A stretch of 64,000 nucleotides of DNA from a virus (Duplodnaviria; Caudoviricetes), in IMG/VR virus record IMGVR_UViG_3300008259_003073; one strand, written 5' to 3'. The position numbers and the translations under genes were made by a program. Below the pieces are notes generated by a model. That model saw only the letters and a list, made by a program, of their open reading frames with translations, was not told where the DNA came from and searched no databases. Positions 40,308-49,608 of the stretch are shown piece by piece; position 1 is the first letter of the stretch; every line of letters starts with the position of its first letter.

Positions 40308-41294
40308 TTATCTTGAGGCAAGTAGTGTAGATGATTCTATTAGTTCTGCTTCATCTCCATATATTATAGATTTTATAGCTGCTGCGATTTCTGGTTCTTG
40401 AGTTTGCTCACCTTCTATAAATCCTTTAGCGATAGCAGTTCCAATTGCAGAAAGTGTATCAGTTTGATTTTCCGTTTGAGTTATAGCACTCGTTGCATCT
40501 AATGCAGTATCTACACCAACTATTGCTATACCACCCGCGAGTGATACCATATCTTTAAAATCTAAAGAAGATAATGGACTACCACTAAATGGTTTAACAA
40601 AATAACCAGCCCATGGTAAAACTCCAGGAGCAGGTGGGGCAGGTGGAGGGTATGTACAATTACAAGTAAATAATCCACCTACCGTTAGTAAATGTACTGA
40701 TGCGGATATTATAAAATTTAATAAAAATGGTGAAATACTAGCCATTGGTGGTACAACAATTGGTGTCCATATTCCAGGAGATAAATTCAAACCAGTATTT
40801 GTTGTTAAATTTGCAACTGCACCAATACATGGTATATTTGGAACAGGTATTTTAGCAGAAGTTGCACCTAACCAATATGCCTGAATCGCAGGTCCAATAT
40901 CTCTTAACAAATCTCCAGTTTTACTTAATGTAGTTGTATTCAAAATTAAAAGTAAAGTTGACTCCATTAAAGCAACATTGCCTCCTGTGAATGGAACACC
41001 TCCTATCAAAGTTTTACCACCTCGTATAGCTTTATCATATTCTTCGGTTAAAGATTGAGCGAATGAGTAGTTGTTTGCTATATTATTTAAATCTGTTTCA
41101 GGGAAAAAATCACCAATAACACCAGTATCACCCAATACAGAAGTACCTCCCACAACCGAAGAAGCTACCGCTGCTATTTTAGATTTAGCAACATTTTCTG
41201 CCATTTCTAATGACATATTTAAATAAAAGTCCGACCAACTATTAGAAATTCCTCCTTTAAAAAGTTGTTTTGCCGCATTTAAATTTATAGCCAT
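40308..41294 (-). CDS. Hypothetical baseplate-region protein, Pro-rich
   Basis: 328 aa, translationally coupled to spike gene; YPPPAPPAPGVLPW. Confidence 0.55.
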   Translation of the reverse strand: MAINLNAAKQLFKGGISNSWSDFYLNMSLEMAENVAKSKIAAVASSVVGGTSVLGDTGVIGDFFPETDLNNIANNYSFAQSLTEEYDKAIRGGKTLIGGVPFTGGNVALMESTLLLILNTTTLSKTGDLLRDIGPAIQAYWLGATSAKIPVPNIPCIGAVANLTTNTGLNLSPGIWTPIVVPPMASISPFLLNFIISASVHLLTVGGLFTCNCTYPPPAPPAPGVLPWAGYFVKPFSGSPLSSLDFKDMVSLAGGIAIVGVDTALDATSAITQTENQTDTLSAIGTAIAKGFIEGEQTQEPEIAAAIKSIIYGDEAELIESSTLLASR

Positions 41295-42538
41295 TAGGTT
41301 TTACTTAAATAATTATTAGCAGATAATATGGTTTTTAATTGTGAGTTTATTGATTGAAATGCTGCAGCGTTTTCTGGACCAACTTTCGATGGACCAGATG
41401 GTGTTAAGTAATTTTGTTGTAAAATCGCACTTATTAAATCTTTTAATATCTTAACAAGTTCCCCACCCAATACCATTTGTTGTACAGCCGCTCCTTCTTG
41501 TCCTACTCCACTATTCTTTCCTATAAATACTTTACCACTATCGGAATTAAGAAATATCTGATTAGAACCTTTTGAGTGTAATGTTATATTTTTATTATTG
41601 TGAATATAAACTTCTTGCTCTGCATCAACTGTAAAATTACCATCAGTTAGTATTCCAGTATTTCCTTTTCCAAATATAATAAATTCACTTGCTTTTGATG
41701 AAAGGATTATTCTATCTGAATTTATAAATAATTGGTCACCTTTTAACGAATCGGATGATGGATATCCTTTGAATGCAGTTTTAGTTTTAGCTACGGTTTC
41801 TTTAAAAGGTACTTTAACTTTATTAGAAGTTATATAAATTGATGTACCATCTTTGTTAATATCTTCATCTACTAATTCACCTATTTTTTTTGAATCTAAT
41901 TCTGGATTCTGTTTATTACGAATGAATATAGATGGGGATGATGTTTTACTATCTTCAGTTAAAAAAAACTCACTAAAACGAATTGTGTTGCCAACTCTAC
42001 CACTTATAATAGTATCACCGTTTGATGGTTTTAAAAATTTAATTTTTTCATTTACCGAATACTCGTTTTTATCTTTAGTTTTAGTTTTTGCATTTGTCTT
42101 ACCACCAGTAGCAGCAGTATTAGCCATAGAACCACCACCTTGTTTTCCAGCAGGCACTTCTACATCTTCCTCTAACGTAGCGTAATAGGTTGTGTAATCT
42201 CTTCTATAATTTGAATAAGGAGTATTGGTATATGGTAGATAAAATGATTGATTGTGTAATTTTACTATCACTACCGTTTCTCCTTTGATTGGAAATGTAA
42301 AATTATTTTTATCAAATGGAAATGCGTAATCATCTACTTTGATATTACTTTCTCTTCGATAAGTAATGGCACCGTACATTCTAGCATCTTTGTCAGAAAA
42401 TGCTTTATTATCGTTGTATACCGAAATAGCATCAAGTCCAGCTTCACCTGCTTCTTTAGTTAATAATTCGGTTGTTGTACCATATACATTATCTACTGTT
42501 GCTAAAAATCCAAATATGTTACTTTGGGTATCTGCCAT
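41294..42538 (-). CDS. Baseplate hub/central spike protein (gp5/gpV-like)
   Basis: FTFPIKGETVVIV OB-fold-like motif, GDTIISGRVGNTIRF, beta-repeat C-terminus, LGGELVKIL..LTPSGPS. Confidence 0.65.
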   Translation of the reverse strand: MADTQSNIFGFLATVDNVYGTTTELLTKEAGEAGLDAISVYNDNKAFSDKDARMYGAITYRRESNIKVDDYAFPFDKNNFTFPIKGETVVIVKLHNQSFYLPYTNTPYSNYRRDYTTYYATLEEDVEVPAGKQGGGSMANTAATGGKTNAKTKTKDKNEYSVNEKIKFLKPSNGDTIISGRVGNTIRFSEFFLTEDSKTSSPSIFIRNKQNPELDSKKIGELVDEDINKDGTSIYITSNKVKVPFKETVAKTKTAFKGYPSSDSLKGDQLFINSDRIILSSKASEFIIFGKGNTGILTDGNFTVDAEQEVYIHNNKNITLHSKGSNQIFLNSDSGKVFIGKNSGVGQEGAAVQQMVLGGELVKILKDLISAILQQNYLTPSGPSKVGPENAAAFQSINSQLKTILSANNYLSKT

Positions 42539-42942
42539 TATAATTTAGTTTTTATCTCTTCAATTTCGACCTGAATATCTAATAACTTTTCATCGTTCTT
42601 CTTGTCCAATTCATTTACCGTATCTTCTAATTCGGTAAGCAATTGAGCCTTTTCATGTTCACTCAACCAACCATCTTCACCTATACCTTTAGCTTCAGCC
42701 TGTGCCAATCTCTGTGCAATTGTAGCCAACTTAATTAAATGGTCATCATTCTTAATGGATGAATCGATTAGGTCTCTAATAATGGGAGCTATTACAGTTG
42801 CTTCACCTACACTTTTAATTAACTTACGAAGTGATTCAATCATTTCTGAAATGTTCTTCTTCTTTACTTGTTGATTATCGTAAATATCTTTGAATAGTGA
42901 TGATAAGTTTTTACCATCAAATAATTGAAATTCTGCGCTCAT
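42538..42942 (-). CDS. Hypothetical helical protein
   Basis: 134 aa coiled-coil character; ATAATTATA motif at 42962-42970. Confidence 0.65.
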   Translation of the reverse strand: MSAEFQLFDGKNLSSLFKDIYDNQQVKKKNISEMIESLRKLIKSVGEATVIAPIIRDLIDSSIKNDDHLIKLATIAQRLAQAEAKGIGEDGWLSEHEKAQLLTELEDTVNELDKKNDEKLLDIQVEIEEIKTKL

Positions 42943-43001
42943 ATTATGTTGTTCTTTACTATATAATTATAAAGTTATTCACTTATTAGATTGTATTCGT
43001 A

Positions 43002-44699
43002 TTATATCTTACTTATTATGTAATTACCAATAACTAAATAATCCATATCACAATTTTTAAATGTGTTAACCGCAGTGTACGGGTCATTAACCATTGTTTG
43101 TCCTCTTAAATTAAAAGATGTATTCAATAGTATAGGTGTTCCACTTACTTTTTCAAATGCTTTTAACAATTCATAATACAGAGGATTTTGTTGACTTTTT
43201 ACCGTTTGAATTCGTGCACTATTATCTACATGAGTTACGGATGGGATTGGTATTTCGGAAATTACTTGTACAACCTGATTCATGTATGGAACATCTTCTT
43301 CTGATTTAAAGTATTGTTGATAATCTTCGTGAGTTACGGATGGAGCAAATGGTCTAAACATTTCCCTCTTTTTGACAACCTTATTTATCCTATCTCTAAC
43401 ATCTGGTAAATGTGGATTGGCTAAAATAGAACGATTACCTAATGCTCTTGCACCGAATTCAGTTCTACCTTGAAACCATCCTATGATATTACCTTCATTG
43501 ATTAACTCTGCGGTTTTATTTAATAACTCATCTGAATTTTTATAGTATTTAAACGATATATCTCCGATTCTATCTATAATGTTTAATACATATTCTTTAC
43601 TAAATTCGGGTCCTAAATATGGGGATTGGTTATCACCACCTTTTACTTTAGGATTTCCAATTACATCATGCCACACATATAAACATGCTCCAATTGCAGA
43701 ACCCGCATCAGATGGTGCGTATGGAATCCAAACATTTTTTATTGCACAATGTTTTTTTATTTTACCATTAGCAGTTCCATTATATGCACATCCTCCACCT
43801 AATACTAAATTTGAATTATCGGAATGACTGCATGAGTTATTGATAATATAATACAAACATCTCTCATACCATCGTTGTAAAGCAGCAGCTAAATCCATAT
43901 GATGTTGTTCTAATTTAGATTCAGGTTCACGTGGTTCAAATCCTATCAATTTAACCAAATCCAATGTAAACATATCCGTATTAGAATACTCCCATGTAAA
44001 ATACTTCTGATTTATATCAACCAAATTAACAGTATCCAATGATGCGAATGTATCAAATAATTCGTTATATTTTGAAGAATCTCCGTATGGAGCCAATCCC
44101 ATTACTTTGTACTCACCACTATTTGGTTTAAATCCCAAATATGAAGTTATAGTTGAATATATTAATCCCAATGAATTTGGGAATTTGACTGTTTTAATTT
44201 CAATAATACCATTTGAATTACATTCTGCAATGGATATGGTATCCCATTCACCAACCCCATCAATTGAAATTCCAATAGCTTTATCAAAAGGTGAGGTATA
44301 AAAAGATAAAGCCAAATGAGATAAGTGATGTTTTGTAAATGTAATTACTCCATCGTATCCAATAGCATCTTTTATATATTTTTTTAAATTACCTTGAGTT
44401 GCTTTAAATTCTTTTTTAAATTTATTCCAAGTTTTGAAATACTTAATCCATCTCTTTCCTAATGTCTTACTAACTCTATCATATTTGATATTTGGTACTT
44501 CATACCAACACACCATATCAACTTCATCTATTGTAATTTGTGCATGAGATAGACATGCTTCTATGGCCTTAAACGGAAAAGAGTTGTCGTGCTTTATACC
44601 CGACAACTTCTCTTCTTCTATTGCAAATACTACCTTACCATCTATAACTAATGCCGCAGCTGAATCGTGGTAAAATGCTGATAATCCTAATTGAATCAT
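43002..44699 (-). CDS. Carbamoyltransferase (NodU/CmcH family)
   Basis: YHDSAAAL, HHLSH, IDGVGE, EYKVMGLAPYG, GGCAYN, DAGSAIGA, EFGARALGNRS, FRPFAPSV, HVDNSARIQTV, LNTSFN. Confidence 0.95.
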   Translation of the reverse strand: MIQLGLSAFYHDSAAALVIDGKVVFAIEEEKLSGIKHDNSFPFKAIEACLSHAQITIDEVDMVCWYEVPNIKYDRVSKTLGKRWIKYFKTWNKFKKEFKATQGNLKKYIKDAIGYDGVITFTKHHLSHLALSFYTSPFDKAIGISIDGVGEWDTISIAECNSNGIIEIKTVKFPNSLGLIYSTITSYLGFKPNSGEYKVMGLAPYGDSSKYNELFDTFASLDTVNLVDINQKYFTWEYSNTDMFTLDLVKLIGFEPREPESKLEQHHMDLAAALQRWYERCLYYIINNSCSHSDNSNLVLGGGCAYNGTANGKIKKHCAIKNVWIPYAPSDAGSAIGACLYVWHDVIGNPKVKGGDNQSPYLGPEFSKEYVLNIIDRIGDISFKYYKNSDELLNKTAELINEGNIIGWFQGRTEFGARALGNRSILANPHLPDVRDRINKVVKKREMFRPFAPSVTHEDYQQYFKSEEDVPYMNQVVQVISEIPIPSVTHVDNSARIQTVKSQQNPLYYELLKAFEKVSGTPILLNTSFNLRGQTMVNDPYTAVNTFKNCDMDYLVIGNYIISKI

Positions 44700-44703
44700 A
44701 ATC

Positions 44704-45393
44704 TTAAATTTTTATGTCACCATCTCTTTCGAACTCATTATATAGTTCCATTTGTCTTTCTCTCATCTTATTAACAACTTTAGTAATATAATGAGTTGGG
44801 TGTCCTGTCATTTCTCTAATAAGTAGATATAATGATTTTTTATTAAAATTTTCTATGTATTCTGCTCTTCTAAATAATTCCAATACGGAATCTGCTATTT
44901 GTAAATCTCTTTTTTTAGGAAAGAAGTTTTCCAAATGTTTATCCCAATAGTTCAACATTACTACATTAAAAGTTCTATGGTCATCATTACGAACTTCTTC
45001 TGTAAAATTGTTTTCAGTATCCCAATGGTCTGGCATTGCAGACATTATATCGGTATCTTTGTATCTTTTGTAATTTGCGTTGTTATTTAAAATTAAATAA
45101 TTCCTAGCAACAATTGTAAAATACGAAAAGGCTTTACCCTTTCCATTTTTATACATATGAATCTTCTCAATCATAAACGCAACTACTTCACACATCACAT
45201 CCTGTGGGTCATCATCGAAATATGAAAACTTCCATTTGTTATAAACTATTTCTGCTAGTTTATCAAATGCAGGTTTAATTCTATCTCTATATAATAAATC
45301 TTTAACACGCTGATTATCCGATAGATTATATTCGATAATAGCTTGTTCCGTATCTGATGTAAAGTATTGTTTATTTTTGGCTTTTCTAGGCAT
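44704..45393 (-). CDS. Late-transcription sigma factor (T4 gp55-like)
   Basis: YFTSDTEQAIIEYN, AFDKLAE..KFSY, KAFSYFTIVARNYL parallels NPFAYFTQI region 2 of gp55-like proteins. Confidence 0.65.
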   Translation of the reverse strand: MPRKAKNKQYFTSDTEQAIIEYNLSDNQRVKDLLYRDRIKPAFDKLAEIVYNKWKFSYFDDDPQDVMCEVVAFMIEKIHMYKNGKGKAFSYFTIVARNYLILNNNANYKRYKDTDIMSAMPDHWDTENNFTEEVRNDDHRTFNVVMLNYWDKHLENFFPKKRDLQIADSVLELFRRAEYIENFNKKSLYLLIREMTGHPTHYITKVVNKMRERQMELYNEFERDGDIKI

Positions 45394-45394
45394 T

Positions 45395-45637
45395 TTAATT
45401 AAATTGTTTGAATCTTTCGATAGTTTCTTTTATTTGATAAAATATAGAACCTACTTCATCATCCTTCTCAAACATTTCACGACTATCAATTTGTCGTAAT
45501 GCCTCCAGTAATGCTTCGTTTCTTTGAGTTTCTATTTCTACAAACTCTTCGTATTTTTCTAACTTTTTTAATAAGTTAAAAATAATGTAAATACATAATA
45601 CGAATAATAAGGTGATTATAAATAAAGCTATTTCCAT
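45395..45637 (-). CDS. Small membrane-anchored protein
   Basis: N-terminal hydrophobic helix, charged coiled tail. Confidence 0.65.
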   Translation of the reverse strand: MEIALFIITLLFVLCIYIIFNLLKKLEKYEEFVEIETQRNEALLEALRQIDSREMFEKDDEVGSIFYQIKETIERFKQFN

Positions 45638-45639
45638 AA

Positions 45640-46287
45640 TTACACTATTTCATATCCTTGTAAAAAATAATTATTTGCTTTTTTGTATTTAACCTCAACC
45701 AGTTCACCAGTTGGTGATTTCATTACAATTTTATCATTTCTACCATAATTATTTTTCTTTACGATAGTTGTAGAATAAACCCTATCTTTAATAGTTATTC
45801 CATCTAAATGGTCAATTTCATGCTGAACGATAACAGTCATCATTGTTTCAATTGAAACTCTTTCATCAGCTTTATCTCCTTCTGGATTGATTTCAAATTC
45901 CAATTCTCCCAAATTATCAGTTTGAACTTTAATTTTACAAGACCTAATAGTTCGTAATGGGTTTTCAATGGTTTTAGGAATGGATAAACATCCTTCATAA
46001 AAAAGAAATCCTTCTTTAGACCGTTCTGTAATAACGGGATTCACTAAAAATAGTTCTCTACTATCTTCATCGTACCCAAACTTAATATAACATGCTCTTT
46101 TTTTAATACCCAATTGAGTTGCAGATATACCTAATCCTGGGTATTCGTTTAATCCATCTTTCAGAGTTTGTTCTAATTCATCTGCTTCTTTAGCAGTAAT
46201 TTCGGTTTTGGGGACGCGTGTTAAAAGAAACTCGCTAAATTCTTTAGATTGTAATCCGTTTGATGCTTTGTCTGTAATTAATTTCAT
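45640..46287 (-). CDS. def: Peptide deformylase with C-terminal extension
   Basis: GLGISATQ, EGCLS, QHEIDHLDG. Confidence 0.93.
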   Translation of the reverse strand: MKLITDKASNGLQSKEFSEFLLTRVPKTEITAKEADELEQTLKDGLNEYPGLGISATQLGIKKRACYIKFGYDEDSRELFLVNPVITERSKEGFLFYEGCLSIPKTIENPLRTIRSCKIKVQTDNLGELEFEINPEGDKADERVSIETMMTVIVQHEIDHLDGITIKDRVYSTTIVKKNNYGRNDKIVMKSPTGELVEVKYKKANNYFLQGYEIV

Positions 46288-46291
46288 ATTT

Positions 46292-46501
46292 TTATTTATT
46301 TTTAAGTCCGTATTTTATAAATTTATACCATATTCTTTCATGTAGAAAGTATTGTATGGGTTTGTACACTAATTCAACCACTCCGAAAGCAGCACCTATT
46401 TTAATAGAACCACTTATCCACCACATTATTAAGAATCCAATTAAAGTACTTACAATGCGGTATGAGATGGTTTTAGCTATGTGTCTTTTTACCTGTGGCA
46501 T
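46292..46501 (-). CDS. DUF2061-like small membrane protein
   Basis: RHIAKTISYRIVST..YFLHERIW. Confidence 0.8.
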   Translation of the reverse strand: MPQVKRHIAKTISYRIVSTLIGFLIMWWISGSIKIGAAFGVVELVYKPIQYFLHERIWYKFIKYGLKNK

Positions 46502-46838
46502 CTATTTCTCCATTTCTGATTGCAGTTCCACTAATTTCGGCTATATTTGTGGGTGGTTCGTGATAAATTACATCATACCCTACTCCTCTACCATAATTTA
46601 CTGATTCAATATCAGGAATAATTGATATATGAATTTTATCCCAATTATCAATAAAAAAAGATTCTTTAGTTAAATCTATCATAACCTGTTGAGCAGTTTT
46701 TGGATTATTCTCATCTGTTGGAACATCTCTAATTGCTAACCAAACATTTTTACCCTTTTCTAATTGTTGATTGATTAACCACTCATGTCCTTTGTGCCAA
46801 TTCTGCCATCTTCCGATGTATAGTGCGTATTTTTTCAT
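46473..46838 (-). CDS. Cytidylyltransferase-like (HIGH) nucleotidyltransferase
   Basis: IGRWQNWHKGH (HxGH), YGRGVGY, ISGTAIR (SxT/SxxR). Confidence 0.8.
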   Translation of the reverse strand: MKKYALYIGRWQNWHKGHEWLINQQLEKGKNVWLAIRDVPTDENNPKTAQQVMIDLTKESFFIDNWDKIHISIIPDIESVNYGRGVGYDVIYHEPPTNIAEISGTAIRNGEIDATGKKTHS

Positions 46839-47734
46839 AACATTATTTTTATAAAAGGTAAAATTGCTAATTCTTTTCCTTTTGCTTCAACCATAATGTC
46901 CAAATCCAACTCGTATGTATTGGGGAGGGCATTAATAAGATAGGAATGTGCTTGCGGTTTTTCTTTTGGGTTGTTTTCATGTAATGCCTTCGATTCTGAA
47001 TAATGAACTTCTTGCGTAATACCTTTTGGCCAAGTAGTTGCTGCTAATTTAAGAGCTTCTTCTTCCGTTAATCCACCTGTACAAAATTGGTGGTGGTGAT
47101 AATCGAAAACAATAGGAATACCAGTATGTTCGTGGATATACATCAAATCTTTAACAGAGTACATAGATGCTTTATCATCATTCTCCAATGTCAATCGTTT
47201 TTGTACGCTTGGTGAGAGTCTTTTGAAGTTTTGTATCAATCTATCCATTGCAGACTTTTTATCTCCGTAGACACCATTACAATGGATATTTATATTGTTG
47301 TAATGTGTTTTTGATAACCCCATCATATCAAAAATCTTACCATGTAGTTCCAAATCGGCAAAAGTCTTTTGAATAACTTCTTCGTTTGGAGATGGTAATA
47401 CATTAAATGGACCTGGATGTGAATTAATACGGATATTATGAAATTTAGCAAAATCACCTGCTTTTTTAAGCTCTGATTTGATTTCTTTGTAATCCTTTAA
47501 TTGAGTAATGTCGAAATTATCACCCCACGGAATGATAGTAGATGAAAGACGGAAGAACTTAATACCATTCATCCTATTCCACTCTAAAATCTTAATAACA
47601 TCCTTTGCATTGAGTAATGCAAGTTCGGAAACGTAATCTAAACCTTTTTGATTGAAGGTTTTTTTGACCATTGTACGATTAGTGGTAATTTTCTTACCTA
47701 CGGTCATATTAATACATGCATATCCTATATTCAT
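46835..47734 (-). CDS. uvsE: UV damage endonuclease
   Basis: GYACIN, FFRLSS, HPGPFNVL, INIH, LENDD, FDYHHH, HYSES, MVEAKGKE. Confidence 0.93.
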   Translation of the reverse strand: MNIGYACINMTVGKKITTNRTMVKKTFNQKGLDYVSELALLNAKDVIKILEWNRMNGIKFFRLSSTIIPWGDNFDITQLKDYKEIKSELKKAGDFAKFHNIRINSHPGPFNVLPSPNEEVIQKTFADLELHGKIFDMMGLSKTHYNNINIHCNGVYGDKKSAMDRLIQNFKRLSPSVQKRLTLENDDKASMYSVKDLMYIHEHTGIPIVFDYHHHQFCTGGLTEEEALKLAATTWPKGITQEVHYSESKALHENNPKEKPQAHSYLINALPNTYELDLDIMVEAKGKELAILPFIKIML

Positions 47735-47738
47735 ATGT

Positions 47739-47769
47739 TAAATATAAGAAAATTATTTCGTATTTACAA
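47739..47769 (-). promoter_or_regulatory. Primary-sigma promoter
   Basis: TTG-N20-TATATTTA immediately upstream of uvsE. Confidence 0.65.
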
Positions 47770-47773
47770 GCGT

Positions 47774-48856
47774 TTAGTAAATTTTGATGTTTTCATCCTC
47801 TGTGCGGAATCTAGCTAAATCTCTAACATTCCCTTTTTTAGTATTTAACCAATAATTTACCGCTTTTGGATTATTTATCCACAATTTACGATTATTCCAT
47901 GGAAATTCTGGATGCATATACTCTTCCCATTTTAAATTCGGTAATTCTTCTTCTTCTTTAGGGGGATTTTCTACTATATCTTCATTTACCGTTGGTTTAT
48001 CTTCCAATCCGTCGTTCAAAATTACATCCCAATCATCATACAGACCATCTTTCTCATCTGCTTGTATGATTTCTTTAAGAAGTTCTCTTTGTTTTTCTTT
48101 ATCACCGTATACTTCGTATTCTTTTTCTTTTTTATCAGAAATTAATCCGTTAAATGCGATAATTAGAGCAACTGCGAGTGGGTCAAAGACAATTACAATC
48201 AAAAATATGAAGAATTTTACTACATTTTTCAATTCTATATCAAATGCCTCTGCTACAAATCGAAATCCACCCACTTCTTTCTCTAAATCTAGGTTAGTAA
48301 CCTTAATTTCGTTAATTTTTTCGGTTTCGGCTGCATTTTCTTCTTGTAAAATTGAAATTTTATCATTAATTTTACTGATTTCTTTATCTCTAGCATCAAT
48401 TGAACGCAGTAAACGAGAATTTACCGTACCTCCATCGATAATTTTACCTTGATTAGTATTAAATTCACTAATTTGAGTAGAAAGTTGAGTGATTTGAGCA
48501 GTGTTTTGGTCAATTTTAGTTTGATGAACTTCAATTTCTCTATCTACCTGTTGTAACTGAAGAGATTGTGCCTGAAAAGCATTAGAAAGGTATCCGAAAA
48601 TACCTGCAGAGGTGATTAACATAAGAACTCCTACTGAAAGTGTAAGATACCATTTGTTAAATCCACCAATTACATCCCATTTTTGTTTTAAGTATGTTGC
48701 AGCAACTAATTTAGCTAACTCCAACGAAGATGCCATCACTATAACAGATGTAGATGCTCCTGCAAAAAGAACACCTAATCCAGTTACAGAGAAATAAGCA
48801 GCACATCCGGCTATAATAATAGCAGATAACCCCACTAATACTTTTAGCCAATTCAT
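47774..48856 (-). CDS. Membrane protein with coiled-coil (3 N-terminal TM, coiled coil, 1 TM)
   Basis: AAYFSVTGLGVLF, SSLELAKLV, IFLIVIVFDPLAVALII. Confidence 0.7.
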   Translation of the reverse strand: MNWLKVLVGLSAIIIAGCAAYFSVTGLGVLFAGASTSVIVMASSLELAKLVAATYLKQKWDVIGGFNKWYLTLSVGVLMLITSAGIFGYLSNAFQAQSLQLQQVDREIEVHQTKIDQNTAQITQLSTQISEFNTNQGKIIDGGTVNSRLLRSIDARDKEISKINDKISILQEENAAETEKINEIKVTNLDLEKEVGGFRFVAEAFDIELKNVVKFFIFLIVIVFDPLAVALIIAFNGLISDKKEKEYEVYGDKEKQRELLKEIIQADEKDGLYDDWDVILNDGLEDKPTVNEDIVENPPKEEEELPNLKWEEYMHPEFPWNNRKLWINNPKAVNYWLNTKKGNVRDLARFRTEDENIKIY

Positions 48857-48857
48857 A

Positions 48858-49034
48858 TTATCGATTTATTCTGGATAATTCTGCTACGCGTTCTACTAAC
48901 ATTCTAGCATCTGCTAATGTAGCATGTGCTTCAGATGGTGATAAATGTTGTGCACCACTAATTCCATTCTGTAAAATTCTCAATTTACCATCAATGGCTT
49001 CCAATAGGTTTTTTATTTTTTCGTCGTATATCAT
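48858..49034 (-). CDS. Small hypothetical protein (58 aa)
   Basis: Hand translation MIYDEKIKNLLEAIDGKLRILQNG...SRINR*; ATACTTATT motif at 49038-49046. Confidence 0.65.
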   Translation of the reverse strand: MIYDEKIKNLLEAIDGKLRILQNGISGAQHLSPSEAHATLADARMLVERVAELSRINR

Positions 49035-49052
49035 AGTAATAAGTATTTTTAA

Positions 49053-49085
49053 ATAAAAAAAGGTGGTAAGTTTACCCTACCACCT
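49053..49085 (-). terminator. Rho-independent terminator after Hsp20
   Basis: AGGTGGTAGG-GTAAA-CTTACCACCT then T-run. Confidence 0.85.
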
Positions 49086-49109
49086 ATAAATATACAAAAA
49101 ATAATTCAC

Positions 49110-49490
49110 TTAATCAACTTTAATTGAAATTGATTTTGATTTCCTTTCGTCTTTCTTATCAATTGTTAAAGTAAGTAACCCATTAGTGAATTTTGCCTCC
49201 GTTTTAGTTCCATCATAATCTTTGCCTACACTGAATGTGGAATCGATGTCCTGTACTAACGGAGAACTACCTTCTTGCTTTTTTGCTTTAATTGTTACCT
49301 TATCTTCGGTAACTTCTAATTTAATGTTTTTAACATCATGCCCTAATACATTAAATGTTAATTGTTGTTTACCATCCTCCAACTGCGTTACATCGTAATC
49401 TGCCGCAAATGTATTGTAATTAGTTGTGGTAGTGTACCAGTTTGGAGAATTAAATAAATTTACTAATTTTTTTAAATCTGAATTGTACAT
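49110..49490 (-). CDS. Small heat shock protein (Hsp20/alpha-crystallin)
   Basis: LTFNVLGHDVKNIKLEV, EAKFTNGLLTLTI; ATG at 49490 preferred over track start 49553, which lies in the regulatory region. Confidence 0.85.
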   Translation of the reverse strand: MYNSDLKKLVNLFNSPNWYTTTTNYNTFAADYDVTQLEDGKQQLTFNVLGHDVKNIKLEVTEDKVTIKAKKQEGSSPLVQDIDSTFSVGKDYDGTKTEAKFTNGLLTLTIDKKDERKSKSISIKVD

Positions 49491-49560
49491 AGTTAATTTG
49501 TTTAAGTTTTTGAAATAATTTAAATTCATATTATCCAATACTATACCAACCAAATTAATA

Positions 49561-49605
49561 TGACAAAGTGTCAGTATTCTTTAATAAATATCTGACACAA
49601 TGTCT
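49561..49605. promoter_or_regulatory. Two TGACA-N3-TGTC(A/T) palindromes upstream of Hsp20
   Basis: TGACAAAGTGTCA 49561-49573 and TGACACAATGTCT 49593-49605, 32 bp apart. Confidence 0.55.
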
Positions 49606-49608
49606 GTA

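Noticed and set aside
392-48797. Many short plus-strand ORFs in the track (e.g. 15555-16058, 33809-34084, 41853-42185, 48066-48452)
   Set aside because: They lie antisense within long motif-bearing minus-strand genes, show no recognisable motifs and have no promoters; treated as shadow ORFs
49491-49553. N-terminal extension of Hsp20 given by the ORF track
   Set aside because: It starts at a TTG inside the putative regulatory region; the ATG at 49490 with an A-rich leader gives a normal-sized Hsp20
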